Shown piece after piece: positions 1 to 8,502 of a DNA stretch of 17,892 nt. The notes beneath the pieces are model-generated. The model ran no database searches, had not been told where the DNA came from, and was given only the letters and a program-made list of their open reading frames with translations. Every line of letters starts with the position of its first letter. Within the stretch, counting starts at the first letter, position 1. A program made the position numbers and the translations under genes. Origin of the DNA: a bacterium (GTDB lineage Bacteria; RBG-13-61-14; DATKZS01); the NCBI GenBank assembly GCA_046484135.1, contig JAWOBU010000132.1, forward strand, positions 1 through 17,892, in the 5' to 3' direction.

Positions 1-2059
1 CGTGGACGGGCCGGAAATGCCTCGGGCATGAGCGGGCCCACGAGTCCTCCATCGGCCAGGCTTTGCCATCATCCATGACATGGGCGGTGTTTAACAGGGA
101 GTGCTCGGGCACGGCCATGACAAAAAGATAGTCTGCCTCGCTCTCCCGCAGCGTTCCCGCCCACTTTCTCGGGCAAAGCTCGAGGTTCGACACCATGGGC
201 TCGGGAGTATGGAAGCCGTGCTTTTCAATCCCGCCCGCCAGCTCATGCGGCCCTGCCATGACCGCGCCGCTGGTGCCGGTGTAAATCACCTCATGACGAA
301 GCCGCGGACCGTGCAAAAGATAGGGAACGTTGGCGCCGGTGTAGGAGATACGAGACGGTTCTTCCAAACAGCCGATAACAGACCATCCCTTGCCGTACTC
401 GTAATTCAAAAGACGGTCCTGCCGCCTCTGCGGGTAGAGGTTAAAAAGAAAACCGAAAACGAAAAGTACAAGCAGAGCAAAGCCGCCATAGACATAAACG
501 CGCGTTCGTGGCTGCAAGCCCGGCCGGTCTTTCCATACCAGGTGGGCGGCAAAATCCGCTGCCAGGCTCCCGCCTGCAAGAATAAACGCGAATAATACCC
601 GTCTCGAAAGAACCGGAGCCTCCTCCGGAACCAGGAACAGCGAAGCCCACGAAATCACCACCGCAAGCGCGATAAGCCATGTACGACTTGCCAGGAACGC
701 GCCGCTTACCGCGCACAAGAGCCCGGCCCACGGTATCCAGAACCGGTTGACCTGGAAAGGAAGAACGTGCCAGAACAAGCGGTCCAGAATAAGAGGCAAA
801 AGCGCCACGTAAATGATCGTCAAAGAAAAGACGGTCTCTTTTTTCAGGGCAGACCGCTGCCTGACTATGAGGCCCAGGCAGGAGAGGGCCCCAAAAACCA
901 AGAGCCCAGGCGAACAAACCGACACCACCGTGTAAAGCCACTCCTTGGCCCCATCCTGGTGATACGTCCAGGAGAGCATCTCCTCCCGGCCGTATAAGCC
1001 GGAAAAGAGAAGAGTCTTGCCAACCTCGATCTCGAACGGATACACCGGCGAGCCGGTAACAACCCAGTTCCGGAGGTACCAGTATCCGCCGCCCGCAAGC
1101 GCCAGTAAAAGGCCGCCTGCCAGCACAGCCAGGGCTTTCCTGCCTCCCGCGCGGAACAACCCGGTAACCACAAGAGGCGTCAATAAAAGCGCAAGGGAGA
1201 GTGCGGTGTACTTGCAGCCCGCAAGAAGGCCCAAAGCCAAAAAGGCGGCCACAAGCTCCTTGCCGCCTCCGCGCCGGATGGTACGGACGAGAAAAAAAAG
1301 AGAGGCCAGAAAGAAAGCGCAAAGAGCGATATCGTTCAAGGCGCTCCTGCCCTGGTGGACGAGCACAGGACAGAGCATCAAGAACAAAGGCGCGATCCAC
1401 TCGCGGCCTTTTTCTGCGCCCAGCTCGCGGGCCAGTCCGGCGCAGGCCAGAACCGAAAGCGCAAGGAAAAAGAAGCCGCCGTTAATCGCGAGCATGTCTG
1501 ATTTAAGAGGCAGAAGGAGCCATACATAAAACAGGGAAGCCAACTGCGGCCCGTAGGCGTGGGAAGGGTCCCCGAACGGTGTCGCCACTATCTCGACACT
1601 CCCGCTTTTTATCCAGGAGGCCGCGAAATGAAGCTGATAGGTCATGGGATCGTGATCGAACGAAGGGTACAAAAAACCGGTTATTAAAACCCCGGCCAGA
1701 AAAACAATGAACACAACCGGAAAGAAAAGCGCGGAATAAGCGCCTTCCTTTTCGCCGCCTTGCTCGCGCGCTCTCCGGTAAAGCGCAAAGCCGACCGCGC
1801 CCCACAAAAGCGACCACAACAAAAGCCAGGGGTAAGAGAGCGGGACCGCAAGACAGCCGAGGCACGCAAGCAGGAAGTAAACCGGAAATCCGAAAAGGCT
1901 CCGGGTCAGGCCGTCCTCTTTTTTAAAAGCCGACCGGCTCGCCTGGATGCAGAAAAAGATGAGCGGGCCGTGCAGCAGGATCAGCTTAACTAGGCTGATA
2001 AGCACCTGGACCAGAGATAGAGGACTTCCGCACGAGCCCGGTGTAGGTAATTCCTGCAT
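1..2059 (-). CDS. Large polytopic membrane protein, GT-C fold glycosyltransferase-like (ArnT/PMT_2-like); 3' end lies beyond the window edge
   Basis: Manual translation from ATG 2059 stays open to base 2 (686 codons, no stop), so the ORF track omits it. Begins MQELPTPGSCGSPLSLVQVL. It has many hydrophobic segments and GT-C-like motifs: FDHDPMTYQLHFAASW, SALNDIALCAFFL, LGLLAGCKYTAL, GGYWYLRNWVVTGSPVYP. Confidence 0.8.
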   Translation of the reverse strand, partial: MQELPTPGSCGSPLSLVQVLISLVKLILLHGPLIFFCIQASRSAFKKEDGLTRSLFGFPVYFLLACLGCLAVPLSYPWLLLWSLLWGAVGFALYRRAREQGGEKEGAYSALFFPVVFIVFLAGVLITGFLYPSFDHDPMTYQLHFAASWIKSGSVEIVATPFGDPSHAYGPQLASLFYVWLLLPLKSDMLAINGGFFFLALSVLACAGLARELGAEKGREWIAPLFLMLCPVLVHQGRSALNDIALCAFFLASLFFLVRTIRRGGGKELVAAFLALGLLAGCKYTALSLALLLTPLVVTGLFRAGGRKALAVLAGGLLLALAGGGYWYLRNWVVTGSPVYPFEIEVGKTLLFSGLYGREEMLSWTYHQDGAKEWLYTVVSVCSPGLLVFGALSCLGLIVRQRSALKKETVFSLTIIYVALLPLILDRLFWHVLPFQVNRFWIPWAGLLCAVSGAFLASRTWLIALAVVISWASLFLVPEEAPVLSRRVLFAFILAGGSLAADFAAHLVWKDRPGLQPRTRVYVYGGFALLVLFVFGFLFNLYPQRRQDRLLNYEYGKGWSVIGCLEEPSRISYTGANVPYLLHGPRLRHEVIYTGTSGAVMAGPHELAGGIEKHGFHTPEPMVSNLELCPRKWAGTLRESEADYLFVMAVPEHSLLNTAHVMDDGKAWPMEDSWARSCPRHFRPVH

Positions 2060-2071
2060 GCACCGATTATA
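2060..2071 (-). promoter_or_regulatory. Candidate -10 box (TATAAT) for a leaderless transcript
   Basis: Minus strand reads TATAAT-cggtgc-ATG (TATAAT = 2071-2066; ATG at 2059). No Shine-Dalgarno and no good -35. Confidence 0.45.
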
Positions 2072-2077
2072 AAACCT

Positions 2078-2141
2078 GCGACTTTGCGATTCCAGGAGCG
2101 ACCGGCCTTTTCCGACTTCGCGTCTTAGCGACTTTGCGTGA
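2078..2141. repeat. Degenerate 8-bp tandem repeat (CTTnGCGw x3) plus a direct repeat
   Basis: 2116-2139 = cttcgcgt cttagcga ctttgcgt; gcgactttgcg occurs at both 2078-2088 and 2128-2138. Confidence 0.55.
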
Positions 2142-2176
2142 AATAAATCTCTGTTTAATTTGTCAGAGGCAAGGAC

Positions 2177-3331
2177 TTACTCTTTGATAAAAAGAGCCAC
2201 AGTCTCCAGGTGATAGGTTTGCGGGAACATGTCCAGGGGCCGGATGCTGTCCACCCGGTAGCCGCCGGCTGAGAGGTCCTTTAAGTCCCGGGCCAGCGCC
2301 GGGGGATCGCACGAGACATAAACAATATAGTCGGGGACCAGTTGAAAAAGCGCGGGCAACACCTCTTGCGCGCCTTTCCTGGGCGGGTCGAGCAAGACCA
2401 GACCGGGGCGTTCATTTTGCAGAAGGCATTCGTTTAAAAGCTCTGCCGCGGGCCGGTTTTGAAGCTCGATATTCTTGTGTGCTGCGAGCCGCTCGCGACC
2501 GAGCTCCGCGGCTTCGGAGTCGGACTCGGCCGCTATAACCCGGCCGCAAAAGGGGGCCATCATTTCAGTGAGGTTCCCGTCTCCTGCGTAAAGCTCGATT
2601 GTGAGCGCCGGCGCGGCTTTCTCTGCTATCCCGGAGACGATCTCTCTTAGCCGCTGGTTCTGCTCGGGATGGACCTGCTGGAAGGCCGCCTTTTTAGCGG
2701 GATCGCGGACCCATCCTTCGCTTTCGGAAAATCTGAAGACCCGCTTTCTTTTGCCCTTCCTCGCGACCGCCATAACCACGCCGGAGTCCTCTTGCACGAT
2801 CTCGATGGTTTCCGGCTTTTCCTTTTTGATCAAGGGACCGAGCTCGGCAATCCGCTCGTTTATCGTCTCTCGGACCAGAAGACAAGAGTAGACCTCGATC
2901 AGCTCGCGGCTTTGGGCGCGGAAGAAGCCGGCCTTGCCGGACTTCACCTGGAGCCGGAGCCGTGATCGGTAGTTGAGCTCGACAGGCGAGGTTAAGATAT
3001 CGCTTACAAAAGGCTCTATCCCTGCAATGCGTGAGATGCTCTCGGAAAGGGTGTCCTTTTTAAGACCGGCCTGAAAGGGATAGGATATGTGCTGAAGATG
3101 GCAGCCGCCGCAGTCGCCGAACAGCGGGCACGGCGGCTCCTGCCGCTCCGGCGAAGCGGACACGATCTCGACCGGCTCCGCAAAAAGAGACTTTTTACTG
3201 CCCGGCATTATCCGTATCCGGACCTCTTCGCCCGGCACCACTCCACGCACCAGGATGGCCCGGTCCCGGTCGTGCACGAGACCCCAGCCTCCATGCACCA
3301 TCTTCTCCACGTAAAACACCGGTCCGTTCAT
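2177..3331 (-). CDS. rlmD: RNA m5U methyltransferase, RlmD/TrmA family, with TRAM domain and [4Fe-4S] motif
   Basis: N-terminal TRAM-like segment (HGGWG...GVVPGEEV), CPLFGDCGGC, YRSRLRL, ELYAGDG SAM motif, LDPPRKGA, catalytic YVSCDP, DMFPQTYHLE. Confidence 0.85.
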   Translation of the reverse strand: MNGPVFYVEKMVHGGWGLVHDRDRAILVRGVVPGEEVRIRIMPGSKKSLFAEPVEIVSASPERQEPPCPLFGDCGGCHLQHISYPFQAGLKKDTLSESISRIAGIEPFVSDILTSPVELNYRSRLRLQVKSGKAGFFRAQSRELIEVYSCLLVRETINERIAELGPLIKKEKPETIEIVQEDSGVVMAVARKGKRKRVFRFSESEGWVRDPAKKAAFQQVHPEQNQRLREIVSGIAEKAAPALTIELYAGDGNLTEMMAPFCGRVIAAESDSEAAELGRERLAAHKNIELQNRPAAELLNECLLQNERPGLVLLDPPRKGAQEVLPALFQLVPDYIVYVSCDPPALARDLKDLSAGGYRVDSIRPLDMFPQTYHLETVALFIKE

Positions 3332-3379
3332 GGCAAGCCTTTTATATAATGACCTTCATCAAACAGCGGGAGGGACGCA

Positions 3380-4114
3380 CTATCCGTGCTTTCCGGTCTC
3401 GATCATCTCCCGGATGTAGGGCGGGTCTTCTTCTTTCAGAGCTCGGGCGGGAGCGGCCCGCAGGTTCCTTTTGTGCCTGGCGTACTGGTCCTGGTTCTTC
3501 TTCGAGAGCTCCTCCGCCTTGCGGATGGCGCAGGGAACGACCTCGACGGCGTCCGCCAGCTCGTCCATCATGCCGATGCGTAAAGCCTCCTCCGGGGGAA
3601 GCCGATCCGCGGAAAGCGAGTAGTAGTCAGCGTTGCGCGAGCCGATCACGTGGGCGATAAGCGCCACGTTGCCGGGCGGCAGGTCGAGCGGCAGGTCTAT
3701 CTCGGGTATGCAGCACCAGCCCCGGTCTTTTCTCATCACCCGCCAGTCCGCGGCCAGGGCGAAGAACAGTCCCCCGGCAAAGGCGTGGCCGTTAATGGCC
3801 GCGACCACCGGCTTGCCGAACAAAAACAACCGGTGAAGAAGCGCTTCCCAGCTCAAGGTGAAGTCGAGCCAGGTAGAGCGCTCCTGCTTTATAAGCCAGG
3901 GAAGGTCCAGGCCGTTCGAGAAGTACTTCTCGTGCGCGCCGGTAAACACCAGGGCCCGGACCGCGGCGTCCTCTTCCGCGCGGGAGAGGGCCATCTCGAG
4001 CTCGTTTATGAAAGGCAGGCTGAAGCGGTTTTCCGACTCATGGTCCATGCGAAGGAGAACCACGCTGCCGTGAGCTTCGCTCTCCAGGTACTCGAGGTCT
4101 TCTACATCCATCAT
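3380..4114 (-). CDS. Enoyl-CoA hydratase/isomerase family protein (delta3-delta2 isomerase-like)
   Basis: Crotonase motifs KYFSNGLDL, KPVVAAINGHAFAGG, ADWRVM, CIPEIDL. Start overlaps the upstream stop (ATGA). Confidence 0.88.
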   Translation of the reverse strand: MMDVEDLEYLESEAHGSVVLLRMDHESENRFSLPFINELEMALSRAEEDAAVRALVFTGAHEKYFSNGLDLPWLIKQERSTWLDFTLSWEALLHRLFLFGKPVVAAINGHAFAGGLFFALAADWRVMRKDRGWCCIPEIDLPLDLPPGNVALIAHVIGSRNADYYSLSADRLPPEEALRIGMMDELADAVEVVPCAIRKAEELSKKNQDQYARHKRNLRAAPARALKEEDPPYIREMIETGKHG

Positions 4115-4965
4115 TGTTCTTCCCCGTCTTCCGACTCCTGCCTGAGAGAGAAATTTCCCTGCCAGGGGTCGTCTTCATCTTGTTCCCGGTTAATTTTCTC
4201 CCCGGAGTCTTCCTCTGCAGCTTCCTCTTCTCCGGCCAGAAGCAGGGCCGCCTTGGACGCAAGCCGGCAGGCGTGCCTGCATGCGTTCAGAAAGCGGGGC
4301 CTGGTGAAGCCGTGCCTCCAGCGAAGGTCATAAAGCTCGTCCGAGACCACCAGCATGGCGCCCAGGTGCACGTTTCGATACTCTGCCACTGTAAAAAGAG
4401 CGGAGCATTCCATCTCGACCGCCAGGTACCCCTCTTCCCCGTAGTTTTTGACCTTTGTTTTGGTCTCCCGGAAAACCGCGTCCGTGGTCCAGGCCGGGCC
4501 CAGGTGATAGCTCCGCCCCGAGTCGTCCAGCGCCTTCCGCAGAGCAAGGAGCGCCTGCTCGGAAGGATATGATACCTTGGCTTTTGCATTGTAATGCGGC
4601 GAGGTCCCCTCTTCGATTAAAGCGGAGTCAGCGACCACCATGTCGCCGATCTTGACCTCGGGAGAGAGCGATCCCCCGAGCCCCAGCATGATGATATTGC
4701 GCGCACCGTTCGCAATCAGCCGCTCCAGAACATAAACAGAAGCTGGCGCGCCCATACAAGGCCCTGCCAGCGAGAGCTTCCTCTTGCCCGCGGAAGCGGC
4801 ATAGACCCGCGCCGGAGTGAAGACCCCCCACTTCTTCCGAACCTTGTGCCGGCGGGCGGCCAGGTTTAAAAGCGGCTCCGGAGGTATCAGCACCACCGGG
4901 TCGTGGATATAAGGGTCCATCCGCGACGAACGCGGCTCGATGACAACGTGGCTGTCGTGGTTCAA
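4111..4965 (-). CDS. Nucleoside phosphorylase (PNP/UDP family 1)
   Basis: MGAPAS..LERLIA.GA, GLGGSL, EEGTSPHY, WTTDAVFRET, AVEMECSALF, VVSD. TTG start preceded by TAAGGAG. Confidence 0.88.
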   Translation of the reverse strand: MNHDSHVVIEPRSSRMDPYIHDPVVLIPPEPLLNLAARRHKVRKKWGVFTPARVYAASAGKRKLSLAGPCMGAPASVYVLERLIANGARNIIMLGLGGSLSPEVKIGDMVVADSALIEEGTSPHYNAKAKVSYPSEQALLALRKALDDSGRSYHLGPAWTTDAVFRETKTKVKNYGEEGYLAVEMECSALFTVAEYRNVHLGAMLVVSDELYDLRWRHGFTRPRFLNACRHACRLASKAALLLAGEEEAAEEDSGEKINREQDEDDPWQGNFSLRQESEDGEEQ

Positions 4966-5050
4966 ATTTTCTACTCCTTATTACGTACTGCGCTATTCGA
5001 TTTTATTTCATCTTTGCGGACGGAAAAATCTGTTTCAGAGGAGAAATCAG

Positions 5051-5072
5051 TCGCGACTAAAGTCGCTCGCAC
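5051..5072 (-). repeat. REP-like palindrome (GTGC-GAGCGACTTTAGTCGCGA)
   Basis: Minus strand gtgcgagcgactttagtcgcga: a GTRG-like tetramer followed by a gcgact/agtcgc hairpin, about 20 bp after a stop codon. Same architecture as 8894-8917. Confidence 0.6.
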
Positions 5073-5091
5073 ATTTTACGGACTTTTTACG

Positions 5092-5877
5092 CTATTTCCT
5101 GAACTTCATGAAGGCGGGTTTTCTTTTTTCCAGGAAGGCGTTCATTCCTTCTTTCAACTCTTCGGAGCCGTAAGTCATGGAGAGGAGCTCGATGCCGTGG
5201 GTGAACGACGGCGTTAAAAGGTCGGCCTCGAAGTTCAGGGACTGCTTGGCGATGCGGAGCGACTGGGGGCTCATGGACAGGATGCGGTCGCACCAGGCCT
5301 CGAGCTCCTCTTCGAGCTTTCCGTCCTCGACCACCTTGTTGATCCAGCCCATGTCGCAAGCTTCGGAGGCTGAGTAACGTTGGCAGAGGAATATGATCTC
5401 CTTGGCCTTTTTGTCTCCCACTGACCGGGGAAGGTACTGGGTCCCGGCCAGTACGGGAATGCTGCCCACGGTCGGTCCCACTTGGCCGAACCTGGACTTC
5501 TCGGTGGCGAGCGTCAGGTCGCAACACATGTTGATCTCGTTGCCGCCTCCCAGGCAGTAGCCGTCCACCGCTGCTATGACCGGGTGCGGACAGCGGCGCA
5601 ATGACTGCAGAAAGCCCATGAAGCGATAGAGGAAGTCGCGGCCCCCGGCGCGGTCGAGCTGCCCCATCTCGGACACGTCCCCGCCGGAGCAGAAAGCGCG
5701 GCCGCCCGCGCCGCATATGACCACCACGCCCACGCTCGCGTCGCTTGCCGCGTCCTCGACCGCCTCGTGCATCTCACTAAGAGTCTGCTCGCGAAAGGAG
5801 TTCATCTTGTCCGCCCGGTTGATTATGATCCGGGCCTTGCCTTCGCTTTTTTCAAAAATGATGTCCTGGTACGACAC
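5092..5877 (-). CDS. Crotonase-fold MenB/BadI-like enzyme (possible beta-ketoacyl-CoA ring-opening hydrolase)
   Basis: AFCSGGD, PVIAAVDGYCLGGGNE, FGQVGPTVGS, VGDKKAKEIIFLCQRYSA.EA..MGWINKVV and EG..AFLEKRKP.F are MenB/BadI subfamily signatures. GTG start after AAGGAGG. Confidence 0.78.
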   Translation of the reverse strand: MSYQDIIFEKSEGKARIIINRADKMNSFREQTLSEMHEAVEDAASDASVGVVVICGAGGRAFCSGGDVSEMGQLDRAGGRDFLYRFMGFLQSLRRCPHPVIAAVDGYCLGGGNEINMCCDLTLATEKSRFGQVGPTVGSIPVLAGTQYLPRSVGDKKAKEIIFLCQRYSASEACDMGWINKVVEDGKLEEELEAWCDRILSMSPQSLRIAKQSLNFEADLLTPSFTHGIELLSMTYGSEELKEGMNAFLEKRKPAFMKFRK

Positions 5878-5926
5878 GGCTGCCTCCTTTCAGCAATGAA
5901 AAACCATCTTCGCTTTTCTCAAAGGA

Positions 5927-6826
5927 TTATAATCTGACGAACCTGCCCCTTTCTTCCGAAACCTCTTGGTTCTGCTTCGCCCATTCCAGATGGTGCCGGA
6001 CCATCCTCCACTCCGGCTTGTAAGAGGAGTTGTTTTTCGAGAAATACTCGCCGTAGATGAAGCCCTGCTCGACAACCTCGTCCAGGGTCCGGGGGGAGGA
6101 CAGGAAATCCAGTATGCGCCTGTGCCTGCCTTTCAGGATGCCGGCGTAAGCCTCCAGGCGAAGGGGTATGTTCTCCCGGACCACCGCGGCTTCATGACCG
6201 GTAACCATGACCGGCGGCTGGAGGGACTTGACCAGGTTTATGGAATCCATGAACCGGGCGGGGTCGGAAGCAGCGTTCCCGTACCAGGGTCCGAACTCGG
6301 TAAGGTCTATGTCCGCGCTGTAGAGGATGCCGTGCTCGGGGAACCAGAAGCCACAGTGCCCGGGGGTGTGGCCGGGCACGTGGACTACCTGGAAGGAGAC
6401 CTCTCCCACCGTGAACGTCTCGCGGTCCTGGAAGGCGTATCGGACCGGCCAGCCCCATCCGCCCACTTCCTTGTTCTTGCGCGATATCCAGGTGGGGTCC
6501 TTGACTTCTTCCGGGAACCAGACCAGGGCGGACATGCCTTCCCAGCCTTCCACCGCGGCCTTCTCGATCTCGTGCACCAGGATGTCGGAGGACGGCAACT
6601 CCCGGATTTCCCGTAAATGGTCGGAGTGAAAGTGGGACAGGAACACCCGTCCCACTCCCTTTTCGGAAAGGCCCCGGAGCAGCTTGCGGTTCGAGCCGGG
6701 GTCTATCACCGCCCGCTCGCCCGTGTCTATAAAAAGCGAGTTGCAGTGCGGATACCGGCCGCCGCGGCGGCCGGGAACAAGGTAGATGCCCTCCGCCAGG
6801 CATGTCAGGTCGGAAGATTCCGTCAT
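5927..6826 (-). CDS. MBL-fold metallo-hydrolase
   Basis: IDPG, SHFHSDH metal motif, PGHTPGH, SAD, TGH. Confidence 0.88.
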   Translation of the reverse strand: MTESSDLTCLAEGIYLVPGRRGGRYPHCNSLFIDTGERAVIDPGSNRKLLRGLSEKGVGRVFLSHFHSDHLREIRELPSSDILVHEIEKAAVEGWEGMSALVWFPEEVKDPTWISRKNKEVGGWGWPVRYAFQDRETFTVGEVSFQVVHVPGHTPGHCGFWFPEHGILYSADIDLTEFGPWYGNAASDPARFMDSINLVKSLQPPVMVTGHEAAVVRENIPLRLEAYAGILKGRHRRILDFLSSPRTLDEVVEQGFIYGEYFSKNNSSYKPEWRMVRHHLEWAKQNQEVSEERGRFVRL

Positions 6827-6839
6827 GTCTTTATTGCTT

Positions 6840-7298
6840 TTACAGCTCGATGTCCGGTTTCCATACCACCAGCTCGCTGGAGGTGTTCCGGAGCCGGTCG
6901 CAAAGGGTCAGCGTAAAGTTCTTGAAAACCTTGGCGGCGATTGCGTCGTCGTTGTCCACGATGTCGTGGAAGTCGTCCCTTTTGATGAGAAGGCACTCGA
7001 CCTGGTTGTAAGCCTTGACCCGCGCCGAGGTCTTGGCGTCCTCCACCAGGCTCATCTCTCCGAAATGCTCGCCCACCACCAGCTTCACTATCTCCGTCTC
7101 CAGCTCCTGGTCCACCTTGGTGACGCTCACCGTGCCCCGCTTGACAATAAAAAGGGCCCGGCCTTCAGTGTTCTCCTCGATGATGATGTCGTCGGGGGAG
7201 TAGCTCTGCTCCTCGCTGATCTTCTCGAACTTGGCCAGTTGCTCTTCGTCAAGCCCGTCAAATATCCTTACTTTCTTAAGAAGCTCCAGCCCGTCCAT
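6840..7298 (-). CDS. Stand-alone cyclic nucleotide-binding domain protein
   Basis: LFIVKRGTVSV and GEHFGEMSLVE...SARVKA phosphate-binding cassette. 152 aa with no HTH. SD AAGGAGG. Confidence 0.88.
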   Translation of the reverse strand: MDGLELLKKVRIFDGLDEEQLAKFEKISEEQSYSPDDIIIEENTEGRALFIVKRGTVSVTKVDQELETEIVKLVVGEHFGEMSLVEDAKTSARVKAYNQVECLLIKRDDFHDIVDNDDAIAAKVFKNFTLTLCDRLRNTSSELVVWKPDIEL

Positions 7299-7382
7299 CG
7301 TGGTATCCTCCTTTTGGAAAATGGAAGCCGAACCCGGAATAAAAGAATTTTACCAGTAGCAGGCAAAGAAGGTCAACTGGTT

Positions 7383-8375
7383 TTACCGGGAATCAACCTT
7401 GCCCTTCAGGTGCTCGTCGAACCAGGACAGGGCCGCCCGGATTGATTCCACTGATACGTTTTCACCGTAGCGGTTGTCAAAGCCGTGGACCGCTTCTTTG
7501 GCGGTAAACAGGCCGGTCTCCACGCCCTGGTCGCGGAGCTTCTTCTCGAAGCGGACCGACTGCGGATACAAGCCAAAGTCGTCCCGGTCGCCGCAGATGA
7601 AAAGCGTGGGCGGCAGTTCCGGGCCCACGTGATACTCGGGCGAGATGTGCCGGACAAGCTCGTCGCGCTCGGGGCCGTTCTTCATTCCCGTAAAAAAGCG
7701 CAGGGAGAAGTTCTCCAGGTAGTCGCGTTTCAGGGTCAGCATCTCCTCGAGGTCGAACACGCCGTAGTAAGGCACTGCCGCCTGCACGTCCGAGTCGTAC
7801 TCCGAGTCAGCGTGGCCGGTGGGGACAAAGAAAGAGTCATCGCTCGCCCACGCCACCATCGCGGTCAGATGTCCGCCCGCGGAGCCGCCCAGCACGCCGA
7901 CTTTTTCAGGGTCGGCCCCGTACTCGGCGGCGTGCTCTTTTACCCACACCACCGCGCCCATCACGTCGTTTACCTGGGTCTGGATAGGATAGTCCGGCAG
8001 CATCCGGTAGTTCACGTTAAACACCACGTAGCCGTTATTGGCCAGGTACTTGCTCCGGAACATGGAGTTGATGCCCTGCTTGTCCCCCACCAGCCAGGCC
8101 CCGCCGTGAATCTGGACCAGCGCGGGCTGAAGCCCCTCGTGATCGTTCCAGTACACGTCCAGCACACAAGCCTCTTCTCCCGGAACTCCGGCAGCATAGC
8201 TTATGCCCCGCTTTTCATGGTCGCACCGGGCCCCGTACTCCTTGATCGGACCGAAGTCGTAGAAGGCCTCTACAGCCTGTTTGTCCACCACCGCGTTCTC
8301 ATAGGCCCGGTTGATGCAGCCTGTGATTGCGCTTACAAGAATGACAGCGGAAAGTATTGAGGCGAAGCGTTTCAT
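7383..8375 (-). CDS. Lipoprotein alpha/beta hydrolase (HSL-like esterase)
   Basis: Signal peptide with lipobox ITG-C; HGGAW oxyanion motif, GGSAGG nucleophile elbow, GDRDD, HGF. Confidence 0.88.
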   Translation of the reverse strand: MKRFASILSAVILVSAITGCINRAYENAVVDKQAVEAFYDFGPIKEYGARCDHEKRGISYAAGVPGEEACVLDVYWNDHEGLQPALVQIHGGAWLVGDKQGINSMFRSKYLANNGYVVFNVNYRMLPDYPIQTQVNDVMGAVVWVKEHAAEYGADPEKVGVLGGSAGGHLTAMVAWASDDSFFVPTGHADSEYDSDVQAAVPYYGVFDLEEMLTLKRDYLENFSLRFFTGMKNGPERDELVRHISPEYHVGPELPPTLFICGDRDDFGLYPQSVRFEKKLRDQGVETGLFTAKEAVHGFDNRYGENVSVESIRAALSWFDEHLKGKVDSR

Positions 8376-8409
8376 TTTTATCCCTTTTGTTTTGCAATTC
8401 AGTTTAAGC

Positions 8410-8438
8410 TTGGCTTATTGGCTCTGATTCAATACAAT
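8410..8438 (+). promoter_or_regulatory. Candidate sigma70 promoter TTGGCT-N17-TACAAT
   Basis: TTGGCT at 8410-8415, 17-bp spacer, TACAAT at 8433-8438. It points into the hairpin cluster at 8448-8502. Confidence 0.45.
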
Positions 8439-8444
8439 AATTAT

Positions 8445-8502
8445 CAATCCGGTTACCCGGAGGTGGATGGCGAAAGCCATCGGGGCCCGAAAGGGCCTTT
8501 TT
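8445..8502 (+). ncRNA. Candidate ~58-nt three-hairpin small RNA ending in an intrinsic terminator
   Basis: TCCGG-TTAC-CCGGA, GATGGC-GAAA-GCCATC and GGCCC-GAAA-GGGCC followed by TTTTT, just downstream of the promoter candidate. No plus-strand gene upstream needs this terminator. Confidence 0.35.

Noticed and set aside
101..1993. Track ORFs 101-595, 441-1400, 1017-1529, 1503-1865 and others
   Set aside because: Shadow frames of the long minus-strand membrane-protein ORF; they have no recognisable motifs.
7383..8375. Esterase as a BioH/BioJ substitute
   Set aside because: It has a lipoprotein signal, so it is extracytoplasmic; it is 560 bp from bioA behind a hairpin cluster; and no bioC is present.
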